Positions 1 to 29,158 of a DNA stretch of 64,000 nucleotides are shown here, piece after piece; position 1 is the first letter of the stretch, and each line of letters starts with the position of its first letter. The notes beneath the pieces were generated by a model. The model searched no databases. It was not told the origin of the DNA and saw only the letters and a list, made by a program, of their open reading frames with translations. This DNA comes from Chrysomallon squamiferum (Eukaryota; Animalia; Mollusca), in contig CM022675.1 in assembly GCA_012295275.1 (NCBI GenBank), positions 8,370,001 through 8,434,000 on the forward strand, written 5' to 3'. The position numbers and the translations under genes are program-made.

Positions 1-46
1 GATGAGTCACTTTCCGCAGCTTTTGTCAGTTTTATTAAATCCAGTA

Positions 47-1352
47 TTAACTAAATACCAAATACTATACACCAGAATCTTAAACAGAACAAAATAAACC
101 AAACTGAATATTCCCAGCTAAATTAGGTCGAGAGTTATAGACATTTTACCGATCTCTGCTATAACTGGAAAAAAATCAAAACAGACCACACGGCCACAAA
201 TTTGAAATGTCCATCACTGATTTCGGACACTTGCAAATGGATATTGGATCTGTTTAATTTCGTACCGAAATTCGGCCTGATTTATAAACTAATGTCATAC
301 TTTGTCCAGAATACAGATAACAGATCGCCCAAAAAACAGTGAAATAACGTGTTGGAAGTGTAAGAATTTTTTTTTTTTAAAACCTTTGTACATCTTTCAG
401 GTGTAGTTTTTTCATACATCTTGTCAGGTAAGATAAACACAAGTAATGTGTATATCAAAGTGTGAAGTGTTGTGCATCTGTGATCATTTTTATTGCTTTT
501 TTAACAGCTTAACAAATGAATGAAAGAAATCTTTCGTGCAAAACCCGAATAGAATTTGTACAGCTTTGCATAATACTGTATTTGTGTTATTTTATATATT
601 TAACCCTTTTTATCGCTAAAGTTCGGATTTAGTGTAGAAAGGCCATAAAGTGCGACGACAACGACAACGACAACGAATTTGTCCTTTAATTTGTTGTCTT
701 TTTATGTTTATCTTCGTTATATAAATAATTGCAATGTTAAATCCACTGGTCTTTCAACTTTTTGTTTCTGTTGTTATATATTCTGTTGTTAATTGTTTTT
801 GTTGTCCGTTTTGGGGTTTTATTATTTAATTATTATTATTGTGTTGTTGTTGTTGCTTTTTTAATGTTCGTTTTAACTCTAGAAAATAAACTAATCTAAA
901 AATAAATACATATATAGGGAACGGTAACAAGACAAAACTACATAGTTATATAAATAAACAAAACGTAAATAAATAATAAAGAAAGAAATAAAGATAACAT
1001 ATTAAATTTTTTTGTCGTGCCTTATTTCTTTTATTTCTTTCTTTCTTTATTCTTTTCTTTATTTGTTTACTTATTTATATTTTACTTACTTGTTACTCAC
1101 TCGCTCACTCACTTACTAATTTTCTTATAGTCTGATAATTTTATTAATAAATTGTTTGTTTTTTCTTATTTTGATGGTTTCCTTTTTGTGCAGATTTGTT
1201 TTTTTGTTGTTTGTTTTTTTGTTGTTTCAAATTATGCGTACGATTTTTGGTTTTAATGTCTTCACCGCTGTAAGCATATTTCTGCCAATGCTGTTGTTGT
1301 GTTTGTGGTTGTTGTTTTTTTGTTGTTTATTTTTTGTTGTGTTTTTACCTAT

Positions 1353-1395
<43 letters not shown>

Positions 1396-2220
1396 TTTGC
1401 TTACTTATTTATTTTTCTTTTGTTTCGTTTTGTCTTTTCTTTCTTTTCTTCTGGTTAGTTATTTTATTTTATTTATTTATATAATGTGCGTTTTTTGCTT
1501 TCATCTCTTTGTTTTATGTCTTTACTTTTGTTTTTGTTTTTTTTTGTTTTTTTTTTGTTCTTAATTATTCTTATTTAGTTTAAACTTTTAAAAATTACCG
1601 TATTTATTATAAATTACTAAACTAATTAAGAAACGGCTCCTATAACAAACATCCGATAGTTTACACAAATAATAAAGTTTTAATTGCGTATTAACAATAT
1701 TTAAAACTAACTTACCTTAATCCAAATGTCTCTTAATGGGAAATCATCAGCAGACACGCACGAGACCGAACAGAAAAGAAATTTAATTTAAAATCAACGT
1801 GCACTTTCTTTTTATTCATTTCATTATGCATTTTTATTGCGCATGGATATATTCATTTTGATTTTATTTAATATTTCTGAATACAGGGTGCGGTTATAAC
1901 ATGCTTTTCAACAAGCAAAAAAAAAAAAAACTGTGCTTCTGATGCAAATAGGAAAATTACGCTAAAGAGAGAAAACAGTGATTTTTATTAATCTTCTCCC
2001 CATCTTCGGAGATTCGGTTATTACTGATTCCAACTGAAGCGTGGCTTTTGTCTGTTCGTGTGTGTGTGCAATAACAGCGAATTCTTTTATAAAATAAACA
2101 AACAAAAACATTCTTAAGTTTCGTGTGCAAAATTCAAGCCATTAATGACCTGCATGCCTTTAATAAGATGCATACATGCAGCGATTTAAGCTCTCTAACA
2201 AATAAGAAATTATTTTAGAA
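47..2220 (-). repeat. Inverted copy of about 34640-36260 (also about 30470-31980)
   Basis: 100-350 is the reverse complement of about 35940-36210; 1570-1770 is the reverse complement of about 35045-35240. Confidence 0.85.
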
Positions 2221-3319
2221 TTAATGAGAAATAAATTATAATAAATTGATTTTTTTTTTTAAATAAGAAAAATAAGAAAAGAAAGTAAAACAGATATTCT
2301 TTAATGTTTGCAATCATTTCGTTGACTACGCCCATTAAAAAGCAGGAATGACGTCACAACAGGAATGTTTACTGTATCTATTATTTGTAATAAAGTAAAA
2401 AAAAAATAATAATAATTACACGAATACAAATAATACTGAAATATACAGCAGAAAAACAATCAACGATAACAGCATCAACAAATAACAACATAACAATAGT
2501 AATAATAATAATGACGTTGAGGATACTGATGACAACAACGATACCAGTAACAACGAATGAGCATAAAAAAAAAAAACATAAAATATTTATTTGTTGTAAA
2601 AGAAACACAAGTATACAGAGTGCATGAGCTACGATTATAAAACTGTGTGTATGTGCGTACGTGTGCGTGTGTGCGTGTGTGCGTGTGTGTGTGTGTGCGT
2701 ACGTGTGCGTGTGTGCGTTTGTGCGTATGCATGTGTGCGTAACTGATATATGTCCATATGTGTGTATGAATGTACTGTATTTAATATGTTATAAAATGAA
2801 ACCAAACAAAATCTTTATACAATAAGTATACAGTATACGTTTATATTTACGTGTATTTAATATGTTGACATTTTTTTTAAATTCATTTTATAATCATTTT
2901 TAGTTCAGTTGCTCTTATATGCCTTACGTTTATGTAAATTTATTTACTTAAGTTATTTTTGTTTTCTTATCTCTTTAAGTATAGTGTACCTCTGTATTGT
3001 TTCTGCATCAGGTGAAGCTTTAATAAAACATACACACTCACAGATATATATGTATTAATATGCCACTGTCTATGCTACTGCCTATATACATATATATACT
3101 AGGATACTTATGTCTATATCTATATATATATATATATACACATATATATACTAGTATGTTTCTGTAAGGATGCTGCTGGACAACCGGACTGTCCGAGTTC
3201 GGACAACACAATGGGAAACACTGAAGCAAAGTCAGAGAAAGCAGTGAATCCTTTAAGTATCATGTTGGATGCTTTGTACTATATTATTGTGTAACATCGT
3301 TCGATAATAATACGTTCGA

Positions 3320-5465
<2,146 letters not shown>

Positions 5466-6571
5466 CACTGGGCGCGCAGAAAGAAGGGTATAAACTTATA
5501 AATAAAGGTAGGGAAAAAACCACACAAAATATCCCTCCCAAAAGAGCAACGGACAAATAAAAGAAATTAAAGAATAAATAGGATGAAACAGAGAGATTTA
5601 GAAAGAAAATAGATAGTGTTTTATAAAACAATGAGCGGTAAGAATGAAAAAACTAAATAAGAAACAAAAGATTGAACTAATAAAAGAAAGAAGATAAGTG
5701 AGAGATAGGAAAATAACAAAGATAAAAAAATATATAAACATTTGTTGCTTCACTGGCTACAATGGAAACTCACGTCTGATTTCTCCAATAGGATAATGAC
5801 CACAATACTCCCACTAACGCAGGTATACCAGGTTTTATAATTAATAATTTATAAAAAAAAAATAATAATATTTTAATAAATAGGGTAAGATCTGCATTAC
5901 AGTTAAAAGATACCGGGTAGAAATTAAAATGAAAAACAATAAATTTACAATAATAATAATAATAAATAATTAAAAAAAAAAATTAAAAAATTAAATAAAT
6001 ACATAAATAAATAAATAATACCAATACAAATAATAATTATAATTGCAATTATACATGATAACAAAACCATACAGTTTGATATTGTTATTTACAGCATCTC
6101 GATTACTTTCTGTCTTTGCTTTCATCTCTCCACCTCACAGTATTTCACTCTAACTGTCAGCTTTACTATTCCTGTCTAATTCCGTCTGTCTTTCTCCCCG
6201 CTTTCCTCTAAATCTTAGGCCATCTCAGAGTATTGTGGTCATTATCCTATAGGAGAAATCAGACGTGAATTTCCGTTGTAGTCAGTGAAGCAACAAATTT
6301 TTTTATATTTTTTTTTTATCTTTGTTATTTTGCTATCTCTCGCTTATCTTCTTTCTTTTATTAGTTCAATATTTTGTTTCATTTTTTTCATTCTTACCCG
6401 CTCATTGTTTTATAAAACACTTTTTATTCTCTTTCTAAATCTCTCTGTTTCATCCTATTTATTCTTTAATTTTTTTTATTTGTTCGTTGTTGTTTTGGGA
6501 GGGGTTTTTTGTGGGTTTTTTTTTCCTACCTTTATTTATAAGTTTATACCCTTCTTTTTGCGCGCGCAGTA
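5466..6571. mobile_element. Non-autonomous foldback/MITE-like DNA transposon with about 340-bp inverted repeats (CACTG end, possibly CMC/EnSpm type)
   Basis: 5467-5810 (actgggcgcgcagaaagaagggtataaac...cacaatactc) is the reverse complement of 6228-6570 (gagtattgtg...gtttatacccttctttttgcgcgcgcagt), with a spacer of about 417 bp and no ORF. TCT flanks both sides, which is weak evidence of a TSD in a CT-rich context. Confidence 0.75.
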
Positions 6572-7059
6572 TCTCACACTGTTTGTCTCTGTTTCTCTTT
6601 GTTTCTCCCTCTATCTCTCTCTCTCACACTGTCTCTCTGACTGTGTCTGTCTCTCTCTTTCTCACTCTGTCTCACACTGTGTCTGTCTATGTCTCTCTTT
6701 CTAATTCTCTGTTTCTTTCTCTCACTCTGTCTCTGTCTCTCACTGTCTCTCTGTCTCTCTTTCTGTCTATCTCTTTCTCTTTCTCTAACTCTCTCTCTCT
6801 CTGTGCCTCACACTGTCTCTCTGTCTCTGTCTCTCTCTTTCTTTATCTGTGTCTCTCTTTTATCTCTCTCTCTTTTAAATATAAGATGATTAAAGCTGAT
6901 TTTATGTTCACGTTTGTAACGTTTTCTTTTTCGTTCTTTATACTTATATTTATTTATCTGACAGTTTGTATTCAGCATCTGCTGAAGTTATCTCCCTTCC
7001 TCCGATACTGTTGATTTTCGTCAGTCATTCATATTAATATGTGCACATAATATGCATGT

Positions 7060-7117
<58 letters not shown>

Positions 7118-7152
7118 TTCGGTTCTGAGTATTCTGTATTCTTTCTTCCTGC

Positions 7153-7229
<77 letters not shown>

Positions 7230-7327
7230 ACTCTCTCTCTGTCATTCTCTCTCTCTGTGTCTTTCTCTCCGTCCGTGTGTGTGTGTGTGTGTGTGTCTCT
7301 GTGTGTCTCTCTCTCTCTCTCTCTCTC

Positions 7328-7376
<49 letters not shown>

Positions 7377-8593
7377 GAAACAGAAAACTGAACTTTAGCA
7401 AAGCTACTTTTAAAAGAAAACACAATACTTGTATTTCAAATGCAAATTTTATTGGCACTAATAAAAGCGAATAAAAATATTGTAGGTCTTATAATTATGG
7501 CCTCCGATTACAAAAAGAAAAAATAGCAAAGAAAAACTCTAACATGAAAGTTCAACCAAACCCAACATTTCTTAAGCAAAACAAAAAAAAAAAAAAAAAA
7601 AAAGGTGAAGCAATCTATTTCTTTAAATTATCATTTCAGAGAAAAATACCCCACACCAGTAACAATATAACAACAAGATATTCGAAATCTACGAAAGTTT
7701 TCATTGGTCACTGACAGAAACGTTTCATTTTCAATAATTAGTGATACATAACTGTTCACTTGACATTGATACAGATGATTGGTCAGCGATTAATTCTTCT
7801 AACTGTTCATTGGTCACTCTTAGTTTAGTTTTAAATATTTATTGGATAGTGGTAGATACGCTCAGTTTTCATTGGTCAGTGACAGATGCGTTGTGAATAT
7901 TCATTGGTCTACGATATATACATTCTAATCACTTGCTGGCCAGAACGTTGATATAAAAGGCACCGAACCATTTATCCGGCAATTAGCACGTTAATTTTTT
8001 TCATTCATTATCGGTAAGCTTGGTACCGGATTTTGTCAGGATTTCCGGACAGAATCTAAATATACATTTAAATATAAAATAAAATATGAATTCTATAAAG
8101 AATGGAACTGTATTTAACAGAATACAAATTGTTATGCTATTAAAGCATGGTTTGTTTAATGTCCATTTATCCATTGAAATTCTTAAAATACCTTTGTAGA
8201 GCTGTTATATCCTATTTTTATAAAAAGGATGAAAATTAAACGAAAAAACAACAACAACAAAACAACATAATTATGTTTAAAAGCTACACTCCTAACACTT
8301 CAATGTCTTATAAAAACCATGTGCAATATTTCAGATGAGATAAAAAAAAAATAGAAAGAAAGAAAAGACTGTGTTACTTAACACCTGTACAGGTGTATAT
8401 CAATGTCTGACTGGGAGAGGATTTCTGAAAGCAGGACAAATGGTTCGACACCTGCATAACGATATATAAAGTTAATAATTATTGCAAAATTCTAGCGATG
8501 TTCTAAAATTAATATATATATATATATTGGTCAAGTCCAGAAAACGTTGACAAATTAATCCTTTTTCAGCAGAGTTGGTTCGACGGTTTATTT

Positions 8594-18903
<10,310 letters not shown>

Positions 18904-19888
18904 TTTAAATCATTACTTCTAAAAATAAACATTTTAAACATAAGTTGATTATATTAATTTTAATTTCATAAATTTATTTACCGTAATTATTAATTTACTT
19001 TACCATTATGTTATCTTATAACATAGTATATTATGATACAGTGTAGTATAATATAGTATAGTATAGTATAGCATAGTACAACATAATACAGTATAGTAGA
19101 GTACAGTACAGTGTAATATAGTGTAATATAGTATAGTATCGTATAGCATAGTAGTGTATAGTATAGTATAGTATAGTACATAGTATAATATAATATATTA
19201 CATAAAACATGCCACTGCCTACTCAAAAACTTTAACTTCTAAACTACAAAATACGAAACTGACTCAGAACAGACAAGAAGAAGTAATAAAAAATATTTCT
19301 GTTTTGGACAAATGCTGCATCTGATAACAATACGGATCATTAAATATTCATGCGCTCCATTCACACACAAAGGCGTGGCTCCCTGTCAGGCAGGGAATTG
19401 AGGCGGTCGCAGTTTGGGAGAGAGACACACCCGTCGACTTATAATGAAAACTCGGCACGAGAGAAAAACAAATTTCTGAAGAAACAGTTACACCCAGCTC
19501 ATGTTTAAATGGATGTAGTTCAGGCATAAAATGCTTGCATCTCTGTGTGATCATTTACATATTTTTTAATATTGTATAAGTAGTTGGGTTATATTTGAAT
19601 GAATTTTTAATGTCATATAAGTAATTGGTATATATTTGAATTAATTTTGAATATTGTATAAGTAATTGGGTTATATTTGAATGAATTTTTAATGTCGTAT
19701 AAGTAATTGGTATATATTTGAATTAATTTTTAATATTGTATAAGTAATTGAGATATGTTTGAATTAATTTTTACTTTTGTATGGTCATTTTGTGGTCATT
19801 TTTGACCATGACCAAAACATCAAATAATCATTAATCATCATTAAGAAGATGATATTTTAGAATTAGTTGATAGCATGGACAATACATT

Positions 19889-19951
<63 letters not shown>

Positions 19952-20201
19952 TTTATTTTTATTTTTGCTATCGTTATTGTCATTATTATTATTACTATTG
20001 TTATTATTCTTTTTTTATTATATATATATATATTTATATATAGACAAAGACACACAGACACACACACACAAACACACACACACATATAAATATTTTTTGT
20101 AACGTGTTTTTAAATAACAAAATGTTTGTATAAATGACAAATATTGTATATAAACAAAATAAAAGATAATGTAAAGAAATAAATTGGTTTTGTGAAGCGT
20201 A

Positions 20202-20726
20202 CAGTGTCAGGGTTTCTCAATCTTTTCAGGGACACAGGTCCGCAACTTAGAAAATATTTTAACGTCTTTGGCTGGAGTTAAAGCCTTTGTCGACTAATTT
20301 TGCTTCAGTATGGTACATATCGTAGAAGTACTAGGCTCATACTGCCTAGCCATGTTGTCTACACGCACACCTGTTTTTCTACGATTTCATGCTTTAATTC
20401 AATAGACATCATCCGCTTCTTCTTCTCAGCACTGTCCTTTGCACTCACTTTCTTACGATCAATGGAAATTTGGCAAAATACTGCACAAAACGCGATCCCA
20501 ACAGAAATGCTTCAGCGGTGAGGTAACCACGTGAAGCAAACGAGAGAGACGCTGGATGTCGGCGGATGTTGTGTTCTTCGTTGCGCCAAATAGCGGCGGC
20601 GTATCTAAAGCTCGCTCGTAACTCGGATTTCGGCTCGCATCTCAAAGCTAAAATTCGCACAGGGGCGTATACTCGTAACTCAAAAACATTCGAAAGTTGT
20701 AGCACTCGTAACTCGAAGTACCGCTG
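20202..20726 (-). mobile_element. Tigger/pogo remnant (copy in tandem unit 1)
   Basis: Reverse complement of 32763-33286; terminus ctcgtaactcgaagtaccgctg|ta at 20726. Confidence 0.85.
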
Positions 20727-22384
20727 TATTCCGTTGTATTGAATGGTAGATGCAAATGCCTCAAATCTAATACACGCAATAAAACACACGCAATACACGC
20801 AATATATAATCTAATTAATAAACGGTTCCTATAACAAGCATCCGATAGTTTACACAAATAATAAAGTTTTAATTGCGTATTAACAACATTTAAAACTAAC
20901 TTACCTTAAACCAAATGTCTCTTAATGTGAAATCATCAGCAGACACGCACGAGACCGAACAGAAAAGAAATTTAATTTAAAATCAACGTGCACTTTCTTT
21001 TTATTCATTTCATTCTGCATTTTCGTCGATCATGGATACATTCACTGTGATTTGATTTAATACTTCTGAATGCAGGGCTCGGTTATAACATGCTTTTCAA
21101 CAAGCCAGAAAAAAAAACAAAAAAACATTCCATCTGATGCAAATAACAAAATTACGCAGAAGAGAGAAAACAGTGATTGTTTTTTTTTTACATTTCTCCC
21201 CGTCTTCGGAGATTCGGTTATTACTGATTCCAGCTGAAGCGTGGCTTTTGTCTGTTCGTGCGTGTGTGCAATAACAGCGAATTCGTTTATGAAAAAAAAC
21301 ACAAAAAAACACAACATTCTTTAGTTTGGTGTGCAAAATTCACGTCATTAATAACCTGCAATAAGATGCGTACTAGACGCACTAATTTAAACTCTCTAAC
21401 AACACAATGGGGAACACTGAAGCAAAGTCAGAGAAAGCAGTGAATCATTTAAGTTGCACGTTGCTTTGTGGTATATCATCGTGTAACGTCGTTCGACAAT
21501 AAAACGTTTTGATAGAAATTTACTCCCAGCCTCTTTTTCTTTTTGTATCTTTGTCACATTTTGGGTAAAATCGTACTTCACCCTTTGCCCTTAATCAAAG
21601 AATCTCCCATTGAAAAGAAAAAGAAAAGTCTTCAAAATAACCACAAGATGATTATCCTGCCTCAAGCACACAATTAAGAGGTAATAAAAAATATTTCTGT
21701 TTTCGACAAGTGCTGCATCTGATAACAATACGGATCATTAAATATTAATGCGCCCCATTCGCACACAAAGGCGTGGCTCCCTATCAGGCAGGGAACTGAG
21801 ACGGTCGCAGTTTGGGAGAGGGACACACCCGTCGACTTATAATGAAAACTCGGCACGAGAGAAAAACAAATTTCTGAAGAAACAGTTACACCCAGCTCAT
21901 GTTTAAATGGATGTAGTTCAGGCATAAAATGCTTGCATCTCTGTGTGATCATTTACATATATTTTTAATATTGTATAAGTAGTTAATTTTGATATTTTTA
22001 TAATTGGAATTTGAATTTTTCGTATAAGTAATTGGTATATATTTGAATCATAATATTGTATAATTGGTATATATTTGAATTAATTTTGAATATTGTATAA
22101 TATTGTATAAGTAATTGGGTTATATTTGAATTAATTTTGAATATTGTTAATGTCGTCGTATAAGTAATTGGTATATATTTTTTGAATTAATTTTTGAATT
22201 AATTTTGAATATAAATTGGTAATATGAGATATGTTTGAATTAATTTTTTGAATTTTTTTAATGTATGGTCATTTTGTGGTATGTTTTTTTTACTTTTGAC
22301 CATGACCAAAAAACATCAAATAATCATTAATCATCATTAAGAAGATGATATTTTAGAATTAGTTGATAGCATGGACAATACATT

Positions 22385-22453
<69 letters not shown>

Positions 22454-22520
22454 TTTATTTTTATTTTTGCTATCGTTATTGTCATTATTATTATTACTAT
22501 TGTTATTATTCTTTTTTTAT

Positions 22521-22552
<32 letters not shown>

Positions 22553-22711
22553 GACAAAGACACACAGACACACACACACAAACACACACACACATATAAA
22601 TATTTTTTGTAACGTGTTTTTAAATAACAAAATGTTTGTATAAATGACAAATATTGTATATAAACAAAATAAAAGATAACGTAAAGAAATAAATTGGTTT
22701 TGTAAAGCGTA

Positions 22712-23236
22712 CAGTGTCAGGGTTTCTCAATCTTTTCATGGACAGAGGTCCGCAGCTTAGAAAATATTTTAACGCCTTTGGCTGGAGTTAAAGCCTTTGT
22801 CGACTAATTTTGCTTCAGTATGGTACATATCGTAGAAGTACTAGGCTCGTACTGCCTAGTCATGTTGACTACACGCACACCTGTTTTTCTACGATTTCAT
22901 GCTTTAATTCAATAGACATCATCCGCTTCTTCTTCTCAGCACTGTCCTTTGCACTCACTTTTTATGGATCAGTGGAACTTTGGAAAAATACTGCACAAAA
23001 CGCGATCACAACAGAGATGCTTTAGCGGCGAGGTAACCACGTGAAGCAAACGAGAGAGACGCTGGATGTCGGCGGATGTTGTGTTGTTCATTGCGCCAAA
23101 TAGCGGCTGTGTATCTAAAGCTCGCTCGTAACTCGGATTTCGGCTCGCATCTCAAAGCTAAAATTCGCACAGGGACGTCTACTCGTAACTCAAAAAAATT
23201 CGAAAGTTGTAGCACTCGTAACTCGAAGTACCGCTG
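22712..23236 (-). mobile_element. Tigger/pogo remnant (copy in tandem unit 2)
   Basis: Near-identical to 20202-20726. Confidence 0.85.
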
Positions 23237-25075
23237 TATTCCGTTTTATTGAATGGTAGATGCAAATGCCTCAAATCTAATACACGCAATAAAACACACA
23301 CAATACACGCAATATATAATCTAATTAATAAACGGTTCCTATAACAAACATCCGATAGTTTACACAAATAATACAGTTTTAATTGCGTATTAACAATATT
23401 TAAAACTAACTTACCTTAATCCAAATGTCTCTTAATGTGAAATCATCAGCAGACACGCACGAGACCGAACTGAAAAGAAATTTAATTTAAAATCAACGTG
23501 CGCTTTCTTTTTATTCATTTCATTCTGCATTTTTATTGCGCATGGATATATTCATTTTGATTTTATTTAATACTTCTGAATACAGGGCTCGGTTATAACA
23601 TGCTTTTCAACAAGGAAACAAAAACAAAAAAACATTCCGTCTGATGCAAATACGAAAATTACGCTGAAGAGAGAAAACAGTGATTGTTTTTTTTTACGTT
23701 TCTCCCCATCTTCGGAGATTCGGTTATTACTGATTGCAGCTGAAGCGTGGCTTTTGTCTGTTCGTGCGTGTGTGCAATAACAGCGAATTCGTTTATGAAA
23801 AAAAACACAAAAAAACACAACATTCTTTAGTTTGGTGTGCAAAATTCACGTCATTAATAACCTGCAATAAGATGCGTACTAGACGCACTAATTTAAACTC
23901 TCTAACAACACAATGGGGAACACTGAAGCAAAGTCAGAGAAAGCAGTGAATCATTTTAGTTGCACGTTGCTTTGTGGTATATCATCGTGTAACGTCGTTC
24001 GACAATAAAACGTTTTGATAGAAATTTACTCCCAGCCTCTTTTTCTTTTTGTATCTTTGTCATATTTTGGGTACAATCGTACTTCACCCTTTTCCCCTTT
24101 ATCAAAGAATCTCCCATTGAAAAGAAAAAGAAAAGTCTTCAAAATAACCACAAGATGATTATCCTGCCTCAAGCACACAATTAAGAGGTAATAAAAAATA
24201 TTTCTGTTTTCGACAAATGCTGCATCTGATAACAATACGGATCATTAAATATTCATGCGCGCCATTCACACACAAAGGCGTGGCTCCCTATCAGGCAGTG
24301 AATTGAGACGGTCACAGTTTGGGAGAGAGACACACCCGTCGACTTACAATGAAAACTCGGCACGAGAGAAAAACAAATTTCTGAAGAAACAGTTACACCC
24401 AGCTCATGTTTAAATGGATGCTTGCATCTCCGTGTGATCATTTACATATTTTTTGTATTGTATATTGTATATATTTGAATTAACTTTTGGTATTGTATAA
24501 GTTACTGGGATATATTTTTTGAATTAATTTTTGGACAAAACAACAACAATAATAATAATAATGAAATAAACAAGTTTTTCTATTAAGTTAAAATTAAAGG
24601 AAACACTTTTTTTTTTTTTTTCCTGGTAAATCCTCACGAAATCTGGACAAATCGCAAAGTGTGAGCTTACCTAAACTTGAGACCTTACCTAAAGTTACTA
24701 CTAATTTATTCTGAGTCCCTCAGACTTCTCTCTCAACCCACTTTTCTTTATCGTAAAGAGTAAGTTTTATGAGTTACACTCGTAACCATCCTAACCTAAC
24801 CATCCTCCCTCAACCTATATTTATATACTGTACATTTATCTTTACATATGTTGTTTGACATTTGTTTACATTGTTGATACATCTGTATATTGGTTTTAGA
24901 GTTAATGTTTACATTCGCGATTTCCCAAACTTTTTCATTTTCCGGACCGCTGCTCTCCCCCATCCTTCAAACAATCCGAGTGTCAAAAGAATTACTATTA
25001 TTATCATTTAGGCTGTTATTAATATTAATGTTATTATAATCTATTCATTTATTTTAATTTATGATGATGATGATG

Positions 25076-25156
<81 letters not shown>

Positions 25157-25385
25157 TGTTATTATTTATTATTAATATTATTATTATTAATTATTATCAA
25201 TATTTATTATAATTATTATTTTACTTCCTTATCAAATTACACACATTTGACATTTCCAAACACCCATCCACGTGGATTGACGAAATGAAAAAAAAAATGA
25301 CGTCATAGACAGTTTACGTCATCGAGAACTCGGAGAACTATTTACCCTGGTGTGCGGGAACGCTTTCGCGAGTAAATAATTAATC

Positions 25386-27370
<1,985 letters not shown>

Positions 27371-27744
27371 CATCCGCATCGTTCAGCAGGCCGACGTCAT
27401 GAAACCAGTGTGTGGTGTCACCGAGGGTCATACCAAGACTGTCTCCGCCACATTGCTACGCACTTCCGGTCGACCTGCCCGGAGCCAGTCTACAGCGAAT
27501 GACTGGCTTCACGTTTGACATGGGAATGACAGTTTATTTTAATTTAGATTAAAAAAAAAAAAAAAAAAAAAAAGAAGGAATTGCGGGATTGTTTTGATCG
27601 ACTGAATATCATGGTCTTTACTTAGGCGAATCCAGACACGGACAATGTAATTTTTTTATTTTTTTTATTTTTTATTTTTTAAATAGTAAAAATTTAAATT
27701 TAAAATGAAATAAGATAAAATAAATATATAAATAAATTTAAAAA

Positions 27745-27789
<45 letters not shown>

Positions 27790-28408
27790 TTAAAAAAATT
27801 AAAATTGTCGTTTATAAAGTATCGCTAAGACAAGATTTCCGAAGATGTTTTTTAAAATATTTTTTTTTTTTTCTAAAGTTTAATTTAAAATAAAATAAAT
27901 TTAATGTTATGATTTGTTATTCTCAGTAATTTTCGATAGTACTGTGTGCTTTCTTGATTCACTGGCAACAGAAAGTTAAAAAATGTATTTATGTTCTTAA
28001 TAAATTGACTTGAACTCTTTTATTTGTCTTCTTCTCTGCGTCTGTCTCTCTGTCTCTCTGACTCTCTGTCTCTCTCTCTCTCTGTCTCTCTGTCTCTCTC
28101 TCACATACCCCAGGAGTTAATAAATATGCTAGTAATTTACATTAAAAACACAATGAACACGGTAAATAAATAAAACATTTTTTTTAATAGGACTAGTGTT
28201 TTATTTCTTTTTAAAGAATACACATTTTGAACTTTTTAAATTTTTAATTTTTATGATAATTATAGTTATATATTTTATTTGTTTACATAGATAACTTTCA
28301 CTCTTCGATCTTCTTGCTCTCTCTGTGAATATTTTTTTTCTCTCTCTCTATGTCTCTGTGTCTCTCCTTTCTCTATTTCTTTCACTGTTTTTCACTTTCT
28401 GTCTCTCA

Positions 28409-28484
<76 letters not shown>

Positions 28485-28761
28485 CCTCCCTCCCTCTCTC
28501 TCTCTCCCTCTCTCTCCCCACCGTCTCAATCCCTCTCGCATTCTCTCCCTTACACACAAACACACAAACGGACAAAATGTTTATAGGTTAATCCATAACG
28601 ACTCAGCCATTTTATAACTGCAAGTTTCGGGCTAGTAAAGTTTGTTGAGGTGTCATTCATTTCAACATTCTGTGGCACACAAATACGTTTTGTTCCCATC
28701 CACAGACCCGTATCCGGATAAACAGCAAAAAAATTCCACGTTCACTGGCTTTACTAGATTT

Positions 28762-28792
<31 letters not shown>

Positions 28793-28976
28793 GTAGTCCT
28801 CTTCGGGATAAAGTTACTCCGAAAATAACTTTAAAAAAAAATATATTTCTGAAAACGTATCATTATATGTAATTTGGAATACATGGATGATCATCTTGCG
28901 TGTGTGTATGTATGTGTGTGTGTTTGTGAATTTATATCTTTATTTGTGTGTGTGAACGTATGTGGCAGAAAGCAAG

Positions 28977-29158
<182 letters not shown>

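Larger units (their letters stand above)
19283..24540. repeat. Tandem duplication, about 2.4-2.5 kb unit (two units plus a partial third)
   Basis: gtaataaaaaatatttctgtttt(g/c)gacaa recurs at about 19283, 21681 and 24188. Each full unit carries a 41-bp minisatellite, a Tigger remnant and a donor-bearing non-coding segment. Confidence 0.9.

Noticed and set aside
401-427. 27-nt AG...GT micro-exon (inverted copies near 31715-31741 and 35860-35885)
   Set aside because: No partner exons or coding evidence; it lies in duplicated non-coding sequence.
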